NCBI GenBank assembly: GCA_963783575.1
Contig: CAWAOD010000016.1
Location: 32,001 to 96,000, forward strand
Source of the DNA: an uncultured Spirochaetota bacterium
GTDB taxonomy: Bacteria; Spirochaetota; Brevinematia; Brevinematales; JAOACQ01
Reading direction: 5' to 3'
DNA length: 64,000 nucleotides
The translations under genes were made by a program, and so were the position numbers. Under the pieces are notes generated by a model. The model was given only the letters and a program-made list of their open reading frames with translations. It had not been told where the DNA came from and ran no database searches. Within the stretch, counting starts at the first letter, position 1. Every line of letters starts with the position of its first letter. Positions 32,289-43,880 of the stretch are shown in pieces.

Positions 32289-34582
32289 ATGAATGGAGAA
32301 GAAAAGGCAAATAAAGAGCTTCTTGCCGAATTAGAGGGTTGCCGGGAAAAACCCAAGAATTCCAAGGGTAATCAGGCTGATGATAGAGAAAAAAAATTGC
32401 TTGAAAGATTAAATCTTGCCTCGCGCGCGGCCCGACTGGGAATCTGGGACTGGGATATTCAAAAAAACGAACTTACCTGGGATGACCGGATGTATGAACT
32501 TTATGGGATAAGGAAGGAGAATTTTTCCGGTGCATATGAGGCCTGGCTGGCCGGCATCCATCCTGATGACCGCACACGAAGCGATGAGATTTCCGAACAG
32601 GCCCGGCGTGGAGAAAAGGAATACGATACCGAGTTCCGGGTCATCTGGCCGGACGGGTCTGTTCATGTGCTGAAGGCGTATGGCGAGATAGTACGCGATT
32701 CGAATGGAAACCCGGTAAGGATGACCGGTATTAATTATGATATTACCGAGCAGAAAAAGATAGAATTCGACAGATATATTAAAAAGAGGGCTATCGAATC
32801 CTCTATAAACGCTAAGTTAATCGCTGGTATTGACTGGTGCCTGACTTATGTCAATAAGGCCTTTCTTGATTTATGGGGATATTCCGGCAGGGATGAGGTT
32901 CTGAACAGGCCTGTCGGGGACTTTTGGGAAAATCCTTCCGAAGCCTCCGGGGTAATAGGGAAACTGATGATTGAGGGCCATATCCTATCGGAAATGACGG
33001 CGCGGCGTAAGAACGGGTCCATTTTTATCGCACATTTCAGCGCCAATCTTGTAAAGGATGAAGCCGGCAATGTTATCTGCATACTGGGTTCGTTTATTGA
33101 CATTACCGAACAAAGGGAAGCGGAAGAGGCTTTACAGGAAAGTGAGAAGTATTACCGCGGTTTATTTGAGAATATGACCGAAGGATTCGCGTACTGCCGG
33201 ATGATATTTGAAGAAGGACGCCCGGTGGACTGGATTTATCTTATAGTTAACGATTCGTTTGAATCCCAGACTGGTTTGAAGAGTATTCAGGCTAAAAGGG
33301 CTACAGAAGCAATTCCGGGCATCAGGGAATCCGATCTGGAATTATTTGAGATTTACTCCCGTGTTTCACTGACCGGCAAATCTGAAAAGTTTGAAAGGTA
33401 TGTTAATTCATTAAATATGTGGTTTTCTGTTTCGGTATACAGCCCGAAAAAGGAATACTTTGTTGCTGTTTTTGATGTAATAACTGAAAGGAAAATTAAA
33501 GAAGAAAGGGAAAAATACTGGCTCTTTTCCCCAATTGAATCCTAATCCTATCCTGAAGTCCGGCCAGATTTGGCAATTACCTTTTCTAACGACGGACTGC
33601 AGAAGGCCCTGGAAATACGGTAGAAAAGACGCGGGAAAATTCTTCCCCGCCGACATTGATGAAATCCTTAAGGCCGGAGAAAATAACACAGCCGAATTTT
33701 ACAGGGAAGTCGAGGCCCGGGGCCGGGTTTTCAGCGAGAAATATAGACAGTGTTCCGGGATCGGGAAATATACGTATTTACGCTAATGACATAACGGAAC
33801 GTAAGTGTGCGGAACAAGGTTTAATTGAAATGAACCGTAACCTAAAAATGATGGTTGAGGAAAAAGTGGCGGAGAATATGCAGAAGGACCAGATTGTCCA
33901 TGTCGAGTTCCGCCTGGCGGCAATGGGAGAAATGATAGGCAATATCGCTCATCAGTGGCGCCAGCCGCTTAATGCCCTGGGACTGATTATTCAGAATATT
34001 CGGCTGTATCATAAAAGCGGAAAGCTGGACGAACAAATGATTAAAGAATTTGAGAAAAAGTGTATGGATATGATCCTGCATATGTCGAGGACGATCGATG
34101 ACTTCAGGGACTTTTTTAAGCCGGATAAGGAAAAGAAAGCATTTAATTTGAGGGAGATAGCTGAAAGAACGCTTTCCATCATTGAAGCCGTTTATAAAGA
34201 CAACGGCGTTAGTTTAACTCTGAATGTTAAGGAAGATTTGAAGGCTTTCGGATACCCGAATGAGTATGCCCAGGTACTGTTGAATATATTGAATAATGCG
34301 CGGCAGATAATTCAGGAAAGGCAGGTTCAAAACCCCTTTGTCAGAATCGAAATATTCAGCGAGGGCGGAAGGTCTGTTATAGCCATCTGTGATAACGGCG
34401 GGGGTATTAAAGAAGAAAATATAAATAAAGTTTTTGAGCCTTATTATTCAACAAGGCCTTCGGGTACAGGGATCGGCCTTTATATGTCAAAAATCATTAT
34501 AGAAAAAAATATGGGCGGCAGGCTTTCCGTCAGCAACAAAGAAAACGGCGCCGAATTCAGGATTGAAGTACCGGGGGAATAA
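32289..34582 (+). CDS. Multi-PAS sensor histidine kinase, broken by several indels at about 33515-33740
   Basis: PAS_3 (GIWDWD...IHPDD), further PAS domains, AMGEMIGNIAHQWRQPLN, DNGGG, GTGIGL; the pieces lie in three frames. Confidence 0.8.
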
Positions 34583-34601
34583 TAAAAATTCGGGGGCTTT
34601 T

Positions 34602-34721
34602 ATGAAAAGGGAAGGAAGAACCAAAAAGGAACTGCTCGCGGAATTGAGTCTGTGCAGGGAAAAACTGGAACTGGCTGGAAAGGCTTCTGAGGCGTGTCAA
34701 CAGGCGGTACGGTTGCCCTGA
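34602..34721 (+). pseudogene. N-terminal fragment paralogous to the start of the 32289 kinase
   Basis: MKREGRTKKELLAELSLCREK versus MNGEEKANKELLAELEGCREK; GGGGG RBS. Confidence 0.55.
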
Positions 34722-35053
34722 CAAAGATCATCAATCAATTTCCGGCTAATATGCCCGGAACTGTAATAGTCCAGCATATGCCGCCCGTATTTACAAGGAT
34801 GTTCGCCGACTCGCTGAATAAAACATCGAAGGTGGAAGTTAAGGAAGTTGAGGACGGCGACAGGATAATTACCGGAAGGGTTTTTATAGCCCCCGGCGAT
34901 TTTCAAATGACCGTCTTCCGCTCAGGCGGGCAATATATAGTTCAATGCAGAAAAGGTGAAAAGGTAAACGGCCATTGTCCTTCGGTTGACGTAATGTTTT
35001 ATTCAATTGCTGAAAGTACAGGAATGAACGCTATCGGCGTATTATTGACCTGA
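34694..35053 (+). pseudogene. cheB: Internal fragment of a CheB methylesterase domain
   Basis: STGG, VQHMPPVFT, IAPGD, HCPSVD, GVLLT then a stop where TGMG is expected; no REC domain. Confidence 0.85.
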
Positions 35054-35142
35054 CAAAAAAGAATGCCGTTCTGGAACAGACACAGGCGGAACTGCTTAAA
35101 TTCCAGGAAGAACTGAAAGAAAAGAAGAACTGCTCATTGAAG

Positions 35143-37267
35143 ATAACATCGAACATAAAAAGACGGAAGCGGCTTTATATAAGAGTGAAGAACACAGCTA
35201 TCGTTTGCTTGAAAGCGGGAATGACGCCATTTATATTCACGAAATTAAAGAAAACGGATTACCTGAGAAATTCAGCTTTGTAAATAAAATGGCATGCGTG
35301 ATGCTGGGCTATACCTGTGAAGAGTTTCTGAAAATGACTCCTGCCGATATTAACGCGCCGGAAAATGTAATCAAATTAAGATTAAAATGTCTGAGCTGAT
35401 TTCTAACGGGCATCATATTTTCGAATCGGTACAGGTCACAAAGGACGGCCGCCGGATTTCCGTTGAAATAAACGGCCATTGTTTCTCTCTTGACGGGCAT
35501 ATGACTATCATGGCGATAGCCAGAGATATCACCGAACGTAAACAATTGGAAATATACGGAGAAATGAACCGGGAAATTCTGCAGATATTAAACGAACCAG
35601 GGGATCTTCAGAATTCAATCCAGCGAGTACTCAATGCACTTAAGGACCGGACAGAATTTGACGCTATCGGCATACGCCTTCAAAATGGGGAAGATTTCCC
35701 GTATTTCATTCAGAAAGTCTTCCCGGAGGATTTTCTTCTTACGGAAAACACTCTTATTGAGCGTACCGCGGGCGGGGGTGTATGCCGTGACAAAAACGGA
35801 AATATCAGCCTGGAATGTATGTGCGGTCTTGTTATTTCCGGCAGAACCGATCCGGCCAATAAGCTCTTTACCCCCGGGGGCAGCTTTTGGACAAATGATT
35901 CATACCCGTTTCTGGATATTCCACCCGGCTATGATCCCCGGCATAATCCCCGCAACAATTGTATACATAAAGGATTTGCCTCAATTGCCCTGGTACCGGT
36001 ACAAAATAAAGATAGGATTGTTGGTCTTATACAGTTGAACGACCAGCGCAAAGGATGTTTCACCTTCGATACTATTGAACGCCTTGAAAGTATTGCTTCA
36101 CACATTGGAGAAGCGTTAATGCGCAAACAGGCCGAAACCGAACTTCTGGAAGCAACAGCTAAAGCAAATGAAATGGCAAGGCAGGCTGAAGTTGCGAATA
36201 TGTCGAAAAGCGATTTCCTTGCCAATATGAGTCACGAAATCCGCACGCCTATGAACAGCATTATCGGCATGACCGGCTTGCTTCTGGATACCGAACTTTC
36301 ATCGGATCAGCACTACTATGCTGAAATTGTACGCTTAAGCAGCCAATCCCTGCTGGAAATTATCAATGATATTCTCGACTTCTCAAAGATAGAGGCAGGC
36401 AAGCTGATGTTGGAAATATTAGACTTTGACCTCTATGTCTTGCTAGATGATTTTACCGGGCAATTTTCAGTAAGCTTCAATGAAAAAGGTATTGAATTCA
36501 TCAACTCCATTTATCCTGACGTTCCGGCAGGTCTTTGCGGTGATCCCGGAAGACTTCGCCAGATTCTTACCAATCTGGTGGGAAATGCTTTGAAATTTAC
36601 AAATGAAGGCGAAATTACATTGAAAGTAAACCTGGTTTCGGCGGATGAAAACAAAGCGTTTATTCGTTTTTCCGTCAGGGATACTGGAATCGGAATCTCT
36701 CAGGAAAATCTCGATAAAATATTCCAGAAGTTCACCCAGGAAGACTACACGATAATGCGCAGGTATGGGGGAACTGGCTTGGGACTGGCCATTTCAAAAC
36801 AATTAACCGGAATGATGGGTGGAGAAATTGGGGTTAACAGCGAAAAAGGAAAGGGTTCGGAATTCTGGTTTACGGCGGAATTTGCTAAACAGTCCGGGCA
36901 GGATAGTCATTTTATACCGCCTGTGGAAATCTGTGATGCCCGCATTCTTGTGGTAGATGATAATTCAACAAATCGTGAACTTCTCAGGATGTATCAGTGT
37001 GTGGCTCAGGGTATCCTGATAAAAATGGGCCTGAGGACAGATACCGTGGCTAACGGCGAAGAGGCGGTCAATGCCCTCAAAACAATTCCCTACGACCTTG
37101 TCCTGATGGATATACAGATGCCGGAGATGGACGGATTGGAGGCTCTCAATATTATCAGAACCATGGAATTTGACAAAGGTATCTTTTCCGCCGAAGGGCC
37201 GAAAATAGTTATGATTACGGTATTAAAAGATATGAAGATTATCTATACCGCTGGCTTGATTAAATGA
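35143..37267 (+). pseudogene. PAS-GAF-HisKA-HATPase-REC hybrid kinase, frameshifted and internally deleted
   Basis: PAS split at about 35386; [32 protein letters not shown]; fused REC1/REC2 halves; no clear start (5' boundary approximate). Confidence 0.7.
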
Positions 37268-37394
37268 ATTGAAATAAATTTTTTTCACCGCTCCTGCTAT
37301 CCCTACCGTAAATCTTCAGTATAAAATTTTGATTTAGCTGAATACTTTACCGATAATACGAAAAGAATTAATGCTTTAAGAGGCATACTGTTTT

Positions 37395-37985
37395 ATGGGT
37401 GTCAAAAATTTTCTTGATGTTGTCGATGTAATTGAATGGCATAAGTGGCTTGAGACAAATCATAATAAAGAAAGGGAAATCTGGCTGATTTTTTACAAAA
37501 AGCAAAGCGGTTCACTCCTGAGTCAATCACATAATTTATCCTATGAAGAAAGCATTGAAGAAGCTTTGTGTTTCGGCTGGATTGACAGCGTTGTGATGAA
37601 AATTGATGATATTAAGTACGCAAGGAAATTTACGCCTCGTATCAATAGTTTTAAATGGTCTGATTCAAATATCAATAGAGTCAGAAAGCTAATAAATGAA
37701 GGCAGGATGAGGGAAGCCGGCCTTTCAACAATCCCTGTTGATATTTTAGATGATAAATTCAAAACAGTCGTAAAGACCGGCGAAACTGAAGAAATTCCTG
37801 GTTTTATCATGGAATCTCTCGAAAAAAATAAAGAAGCCGGTATTTTTTTTAAAAGTCTTGCTCCATCATACCGGAAGCTTTATATTAAATGGATTATGAG
37901 CGCAAAAAGACAGGAAACCCGTGAGAGAAGATTATTTGAAGCGGTTGAACTTTTAAGCAGGGGAGAAAAACTAGGTTTAAAATAA
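37395..37985 (+). CDS. YdeI/OmpD-associated family protein
   Basis: WHKWLETNH, EEALCFGWIDS, KFTPR, WS, WIMSAKRQETRERR. Confidence 0.9.
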   Translation: MGVKNFLDVVDVIEWHKWLETNHNKEREIWLIFYKKQSGSLLSQSHNLSYEESIEEALCFGWIDSVVMKIDDIKYARKFTPRINSFKWSDSNINRVRKLINEGRMREAGLSTIPVDILDDKFKTVVKTGETEEIPGFIMESLEKNKEAGIFFKSLAPSYRKLYIKWIMSAKRQETRERRLFEAVELLSRGEKLGLK

Positions 37986-38156
37986 CTACATAATTGATTA
38001 TTCCACAAATCTTAATTAAAATATCATTCAACATTATTTAAGTTCAGAATTTTGGTTTTTAATCGAATTTAATCGGATCAATCCGAACCAAAAGAAATAA
38101 TATGGACAATTCATAATAAATTGAAGCTTTTTTTTTTCAATTTCAGGAAAGTTAAG

Positions 38157-39419
38157 ATGCAGTTGAAAAGAGTGGTTGTAACAGGCCTGGGCGCTCTGAC
38201 TCCGATTGGAAACAACACGGAGGACTTCTGGAAAGGTCTTTTATCAGGTAAGAGCGGAGCCGGTAAAATAAAAAGGTTTGACGCATCAGCATTCAGGACG
38301 AAATTTGCTTGTGAGCTGAAGGGTTATGATCCGCTGAATTATTTTGATAAAAAAGAAGCCCATAAAATGGATTATTTCAGCCAATATGCATTGTTGGCTG
38401 TTAACGAAAGCGTAAAAGACGCCGGCATTCGCCGAGAAAATTCGGACTTCAGCCGGGTCGGTGTTATCTGGGGGACAAGTGTCGGCGGAATGATAACATT
38501 TCAGGAGGAAATGGAAAAATATATTAGAGGAAACAAAAAACCCCGCTTCAGCCCATTTTTTATTTCAAAAATTATTCCGAATATTGTTTCGGGTTTAATC
38601 GCAATACGTCAGGGTTTTGGCGGTGTAAATTTCGTGACTGCATCCGCTTGTGCGTCTTCAGCAAATGCAATACTTGACGCTTTCAATTATATACGCCTGG
38701 GAAAAGCCGATATCATTATTACCGGAGGATCAGATGCCGCCGTAGCAGAGATTACTCTTGGCGGGTTTAATGCGATTCAGGCACTTTCCCAGAGAAACGA
38801 TTCGCCGGAAACAGCGTCAAGGCCTTTCGATAAGGACAGGGATGGTTTTGTCCTCGGTGAAGGAGCAGGCGCGCTTGCCCTTGAAGAGATGGATCATGCG
38901 CGAGGCCGCAACGTTAAAATTTATGCAGAGTTATCGGGAGGAGGATTGTCATGCGATGCTTACCATTTCACGGCTCCCCATCCTCAAGGTAACGGAGCGG
39001 AATCGGCGATGCGGTTTGCCCTTGAAGATTCGGGCATTTTACCGGCAGACATAGATTATCTTAATGCGCATGCCACATCAACTATTATCGGAGATATAAG
39101 CGAAGCAAGGGCAATAAGCCATGTTTTCAAAAACTGCCTGAATAGCCTCAACATAAGCGCGACAAAATCAATGACAGGGCATCTTCTGGGCGCTTCGGGC
39201 GGGATCGAAGCGATCGCTTGTGTAAAGGCTGTTGAGGAGGATCGGATACCGCCGACAATCAATTGCAAGGAAATCGGCCCTGAAATAAATCCGGATTTGA
39301 ATTTGACTTTCAATAAAAGCATAAATAAGACTATAAATTTTGCAATGAGCAATAATTTCGGTTTCGGCGGCCATAATGCCGTTATTGTATTTAAAAAATG
39401 GGATGAAAAAGATTATTAA
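38157..39419 (+). CDS. fabF: 3-oxoacyl-ACP synthase II
   Basis: RVVVTGLG, ACASS (Cys), DGFVLGEGAG, NAHATST (His), KSMTGHLLGA (His), NNFGFGGHN. Confidence 0.95.
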   Translation: MQLKRVVVTGLGALTPIGNNTEDFWKGLLSGKSGAGKIKRFDASAFRTKFACELKGYDPLNYFDKKEAHKMDYFSQYALLAVNESVKDAGIRRENSDFSRVGVIWGTSVGGMITFQEEMEKYIRGNKKPRFSPFFISKIIPNIVSGLIAIRQGFGGVNFVTASACASSANAILDAFNYIRLGKADIIITGGSDAAVAEITLGGFNAIQALSQRNDSPETASRPFDKDRDGFVLGEGAGALALEEMDHARGRNVKIYAELSGGGLSCDAYHFTAPHPQGNGAESAMRFALEDSGILPADIDYLNAHATSTIIGDISEARAISHVFKNCLNSLNISATKSMTGHLLGASGGIEAIACVKAVEEDRIPPTINCKEIGPEINPDLNLTFNKSINKTINFAMSNNFGFGGHNAVIVFKKWDEKDY

Positions 39420-39421
39420 AG

Positions 39422-40354
39422 TTAAATATCATCTTTTGACAGATTTTCCATTACTTCGCTTAATAACGGTATGGAATTTCTAGCCCCGTATTTTACAGTT
39501 GATAATGCCGCTGCCATGGTTCCAAGTTTTAAACTGAATGGCAGATCGTAACCCTTAATAAGCCCGTATGTAAAAGCCCCATGAAAAATATCGCCTGCCC
39601 CGGTTGTATCCAAAATGTTTTTTGCAGATGTGACCTTAAAGGGGGAATATGCTTTCATTTCACAGTATATTCCGTTATTATCATAAAATAACCCCCTTTC
39701 TCCAATTGTTACTATTATATTATTTTTATTCACAAATTTCAGGCGTTTCAGACATTTTTTCCTGTTTTCCCTCAGATTAAGATCATCAATCTCTGTAATT
39801 TGTTTGGCGAATTTTTCGGAAGCCGCAAGATAATCGACCCTCCCGCATAGAAGTTTTGTGCCTTCCCTTAAAGAACCTGCATCCAGGACAGTTTTTGCTT
39901 CCGGGAAAATTTCAATCGCTTTCAAAGAAGCTTCGGGTTCATGTCCGTCAAAATATAGAAACCGCGGATAAAAATGCTCTAATTTCCCGCGTCTAATATC
40001 AAGGAATTGACCCTGATTTTTTATATTTATAAGGGTGCGGCTGCCGTTTTCTTTATTGACCAGAATAATTGAATAAGGTGTCCTTCCGTTTTTTTTTATC
40101 CGGCATAGGGATGTGTCGATTCCGATTTGTTTAAATTCATTCAGAATTAATTTTCCGTAATGATCTCCGCCGATAATTCCCGCATATGCACATTTAAGCC
40201 CCCATCCGGCCATTAAATTAACTGCGTTAGCGGCCGGACCCCCGCCGGATTCGAAAGATTCATAAGTCTCAATTTTAGAATCCTCATCAGGAAATGAATC
40301 GAGCGGAATGGTTAAATCATATGATGAATTGCCGATTGATAAGATATCAAACAT
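39422..40354 (-). CDS. PfkB-family carbohydrate kinase
   Basis: GGGPAANA, DTTGAGDIFHG. Confidence 0.92.
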   Translation of the reverse strand: MFDILSIGNSSYDLTIPLDSFPDEDSKIETYESFESGGGPAANAVNLMAGWGLKCAYAGIIGGDHYGKLILNEFKQIGIDTSLCRIKKNGRTPYSIILVNKENGSRTLINIKNQGQFLDIRRGKLEHFYPRFLYFDGHEPEASLKAIEIFPEAKTVLDAGSLREGTKLLCGRVDYLAASEKFAKQITEIDDLNLRENRKKCLKRLKFVNKNNIIVTIGERGLFYDNNGIYCEMKAYSPFKVTSAKNILDTTGAGDIFHGAFTYGLIKGYDLPFSLKLGTMAAALSTVKYGARNSIPLLSEVMENLSKDDI

Positions 40355-40613
40355 AGGCCTTCCTCTAAAAAGCCCCTCACTCAGGGCAGGCTGCCTGACT
40401 ATTATAAAATGATCGATAATATATGTCTATATTGAAATTATAATTTATAATAAAATTTTGATGCATCATCATGCCGCGGTTTTTTTTGCATATTCTGAAT
40501 TTATTTGATATTATATTCAGGAATAAATTGAGACTACTTTCAGGAATTCTGAATGCTTCTTGCAGTGAATGGATTTATTTCTTAATCATTTAATAAAAAG
40601 CGCGGGGATCTTT

Positions 40614-40994
40614 ATGAAAAATATTTATTTGAAGGCTTATTCTCTTTTGGAGCTTCTAATTTATCTTACAATTATCGGCATACTTATGTCAATCGGGCTC
40701 GTTACTTATAACCGCATACAGGAAACGGCCATGAAGAAATCGATGCAGATAGAGATGAAGCAATATCCGATAGCCGTTTACAATTATAAAGTTGACAAAG
40801 GGACAATTCCGGAAAGCGTTGATCAGTTATTGAATGAAGGTTTCATCACCAAAGAACTGGCGGCCGATCCATGGGGAACAAAGTATAAAATCGAATACAA
40901 TCCCGAAACGCATATATTGAAAATAACCTCGGCTGGGCCGGACAAACAGATGGGAACGGCGGATGATGCAAGTATTGAAGAAAACATTTATTAA
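40614..40994 (+). CDS. GspG-like major pseudopilin
   Basis: KA|YSLLELLI N-terminus, DPWGTKY, SAGPDKQMGTADD. Confidence 0.85.
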   Translation: MKNIYLKAYSLLELLIYLTIIGILMSIGLVTYNRIQETAMKKSMQIEMKQYPIAVYNYKVDKGTIPESVDQLLNEGFITKELAADPWGTKYKIEYNPETHILKITSAGPDKQMGTADDASIEENIY

Positions 40995-41448
40995 TTCCAG
41001 GGTTAAGGCTTTTACAATCATTGAAGTCCTCATATCAATGTCGATTGTTTTTATCGCGGTTGTAAGCGTTCTATCGGTTTATTCAAAAGTTTTTACAGCG
41101 ATAGGTTATGATAACGATATTCAAGATGCCGTATCGTTTTCGGAAGGATTCATGACAAAATTATACTTTGCTGAAAATTTAAAGACAGCCCTGCTGGATC
41201 AGGCTGAAATATCGAACCTGATGAAGGGTAAGGTTTTCCCTGTAATTCTTAAGCCTTATAAAACAAATATCTCGGGGAATACCGGTATAATAATCAATAA
41301 AAGGATAAGAAGACTTGACCCTCTTCTGGCCGATATAGGCATTGAAGCGATTATCCAGGAAAAAGCCGGAAGTAAATTGAGGAATTACTATGTTGAAAGC
41401 ACTTTTTCGGAAAATTATCTTGAAAATATAAAAGGCGCAAATCAGTGA
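40963..41448 (+). CDS. Minor pilin/pseudopilin (PilV/GspI-like)
   Basis: KA|FTIIEVLI prepilin motif with hydrophobic helix. Confidence 0.75.
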   Translation: MMQVLKKTFINSRVKAFTIIEVLISMSIVFIAVVSVLSVYSKVFTAIGYDNDIQDAVSFSEGFMTKLYFAENLKTALLDQAEISNLMKGKVFPVILKPYKTNISGNTGIIINKRIRRLDPLLADIGIEAIIQEKAGSKLRNYYVESTFSENYLENIKGANQ

Positions 41449-41930
41449 TAAAGATAAAAGCGTTTTCATTAATAGAAATGCTTGTGACGCTTGTGATTTT
41501 CTCAATCTGTATTCTCGCAGTTTATGGCGTTATGGAAGCGAATTTAAGGCTGATTAATAAACTCTATTCAAGCGGTGCAAATGAAACGCAGGCAATTATT
41601 CTGTCAAAAAATATCGAAAATATTGTTAAAAACTCCGCTGCTATTGAAGAAAATGGAAAAGGGGAAATAATCCTGCATTCCTTTAATAATTCGGATTATT
41701 TTATAAACATTAGCGGAAATAATTGTCTGATACAGGAAAAGAGGAAAAATATTCTCTGGTATGAAAAAGATTATAGATTTGATGATGCCGGGGAATTAAG
41801 CGTTGAAATTCTTCAAAAAGGCAAAATTTACGCTTTGAGACTGAAAATAAAATTGAACGAAATGAATATTGACAGGACAATTCTTGCCGGTTCGATTAGA
41901 AACAGGGGAAACTATGAAAAAGGAACCTAG
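41445..41930 (+). CDS. Minor pilin/pseudopilin (PilW/GspJ-like)
   Basis: KA|FSLIEMLV prepilin motif. Confidence 0.75.
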   Translation: MIKIKAFSLIEMLVTLVIFSICILAVYGVMEANLRLINKLYSSGANETQAIILSKNIENIVKNSAAIEENGKGEIILHSFNNSDYFINISGNNCLIQEKRKNILWYEKDYRFDDAGELSVEILQKGKIYALRLKIKLNEMNIDRTILAGSIRNRGNYEKGT

Positions 41931-43380
41931 GGAAATACCGGTTTTTTTAGCCCGGGCCCTGACATATTTTGGGCTATGGAAAACTGTTGTTGATATCGGA
42001 AGCAATGAAATCAGGATTCTAAGCTGTGTGAAATTTCTGGACAAGTTGTTTTTTTTAAGAACGGACAAAATTCAATATTCCAATAAAGAAGAGCTGGAAA
42101 ATTGCATTACCGGGCTATCAGCGTCCCTTAACGGTAGCATACAGATAACTCTTTCAACGGCTTCAGTCAATACGTTCTTTTTAATCTACCCGGGAATTAC
42201 ATCCGACAGATTAAAATCTTTAATTGTTATGGATCTGGAAAAAAGGCTGCCGGTACCCCTTGAAAGGGTTTATTATAATTTTAAGGTTGTTCCGTTTTCA
42301 TCGGTCAATAACGGTAATTCATGGAATGTAATTACAATAGCAGCGAAAAAAGAAGAAATCGATCAATATACCGCTTTATTCAAACGGCTGAACCTGCGGG
42401 TCGAATCAGTATATTATCTGCCTGTAAATATTATTAAAACATTCTGTAAAATCAAACAAAATCTCAAAGGTTACATTGTTATTTCCGAAAGTTTGATTGA
42501 AATATATATCCTTAAAGATATAGTATTAATCAATTACCTGGGTTTATCCGGCCGCTATTCCGAAAACAACCGTCCGGCTCAAAAAAATATAATGGAATTC
42601 TTCTCTTCAATGATAAAGCAGAATATTATCCCGGATGAAATTGTAATAGTGAATAAAACCGATATTGACGCCGGTTCATTGAGTAAATATTTATCCGGCG
42701 CTTTGAATATTAAAATTATAAACGCAGGCGGGGAGAATTTTCAAAATTTTATAAACCGGACACGCACTGGTATAAATTATTATGATATGCTTGGTTTTGT
42801 CTTTAAAAGAGATCATTCAACGGAAATTGCCCCGATGAATATGAGAGTGAATAGAATAATTCAGTCGGTTATAAAATACGCTGTAATATCACTGATATTG
42901 CTTGATATCGCAGCATTATTAATTTTTTCGGCGATTTTACCTGCCGAAAAAGAATATGATTTGATCCGAAAGGCTAGAAACCCGTCGGCGCTGACATCAC
43001 AGGATGATAAAATACGGAACCTGGCGCTTAAGATTAAGAATATTGACGATCTTCACAGATACCAGTTAAAAATTGCTGAATTACAGAAAAAAATCAAAAT
43101 AATCAAAAGCACGGGAATGGAATCTTCAAGGATAAAAATCGTGCTCGCCGAAATAGCAAGACTTATTCCGGACAGCGTATGGCTTGTTAACCTGAATATT
43201 ATCAATCAAAAAGGCGATATGGAAGGATATTCTATCGCCAGCGAGGGACTGGAGGAATTTGTAAGCTCTTTAACCGGTTCAAAAATATTTGACAATGTCG
43301 TATTGAAAAAAGCGGAGCTTGCAAAAGGACAGAGTGAAGTCGCTGTAAAATTTGAAATTTCTTTCGGAGCCCGGAAATGA
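41914..43380 (+). CDS. PilM-like/PilN fusion (GspL-like)
   Basis: VVDIGSNEIR, LPVPLERVYYNF, AAKKEEI, TM helix, IPDSVWLVNL, FVSSL...F. Confidence 0.7.
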   Translation: MKKEPREIPVFLARALTYFGLWKTVVDIGSNEIRILSCVKFLDKLFFLRTDKIQYSNKEELENCITGLSASLNGSIQITLSTASVNTFFLIYPGITSDRLKSLIVMDLEKRLPVPLERVYYNFKVVPFSSVNNGNSWNVITIAAKKEEIDQYTALFKRLNLRVESVYYLPVNIIKTFCKIKQNLKGYIVISESLIEIYILKDIVLINYLGLSGRYSENNRPAQKNIMEFFSSMIKQNIIPDEIVIVNKTDIDAGSLSKYLSGALNIKIINAGGENFQNFINRTRTGINYYDMLGFVFKRDHSTEIAPMNMRVNRIIQSVIKYAVISLILLDIAALLIFSAILPAEKEYDLIRKARNPSALTSQDDKIRNLALKIKNIDDLHRYQLKIAELQKKIKIIKSTGMESSRIKIVLAEIARLIPDSVWLVNLNIINQKGDMEGYSIASEGLEEFVSSLTGSKIFDNVVLKKAELAKGQSEVAVKFEISFGARK

Positions 43381-43877
43381 AGCGGAATGTTTTAGCTTTT
43401 ATATTTATTGTAATGTCGATTATCTGGCTCTCTTTTTTTATTGTATATTTTATAGGCTATATTAATAATTCAAATGTAACTTCCTCAATTAGGGAGTCTG
43501 AAAAGAACCTTGAAAATTTGAATTTTTATAAAAAGAACTCCGAAGCGCTGGAAATGGAATATGAGAGTATCAGTCTCCAGACTTTTTCATCAAAATCCAC
43601 GTCTGAATTTATTGCTCAACTTCCGAAGCTTGGTGAATTTTCCGGTATCGGGGAGATGCAGATTGAAAATACCGATGTGAAAAAGGAAAAGGATTATGAG
43701 ATAACGGAACTGAAAATCACAGTCAATTCTTCATTTCCGAATATCGCTAATTTTATTGATATACTTGAACGTTCAAAACTTCCGATTAGGGTCGCAAGCC
43801 TGCGGATGGCATTTGACAAGAAAAAGCTGTATACGGAGATGTCTATAAAGATATATAAAAAAGTTATTGAGGATTGA
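43377..43877 (+). CDS. PilO/GspM-like protein
   Basis: N-terminal TM, coiled coil, SFPNIANFIDILE; operon position. Confidence 0.65.
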   Translation: MKRNVLAFIFIVMSIIWLSFFIVYFIGYINNSNVTSSIRESEKNLENLNFYKKNSEALEMEYESISLQTFSSKSTSEFIAQLPKLGEFSGIGEMQIENTDVKKEKDYEITELKITVNSSFPNIANFIDILERSKLPIRVASLRMAFDKKKLYTEMSIKIYKKVIED

Positions 43878-43880
43878 TGG

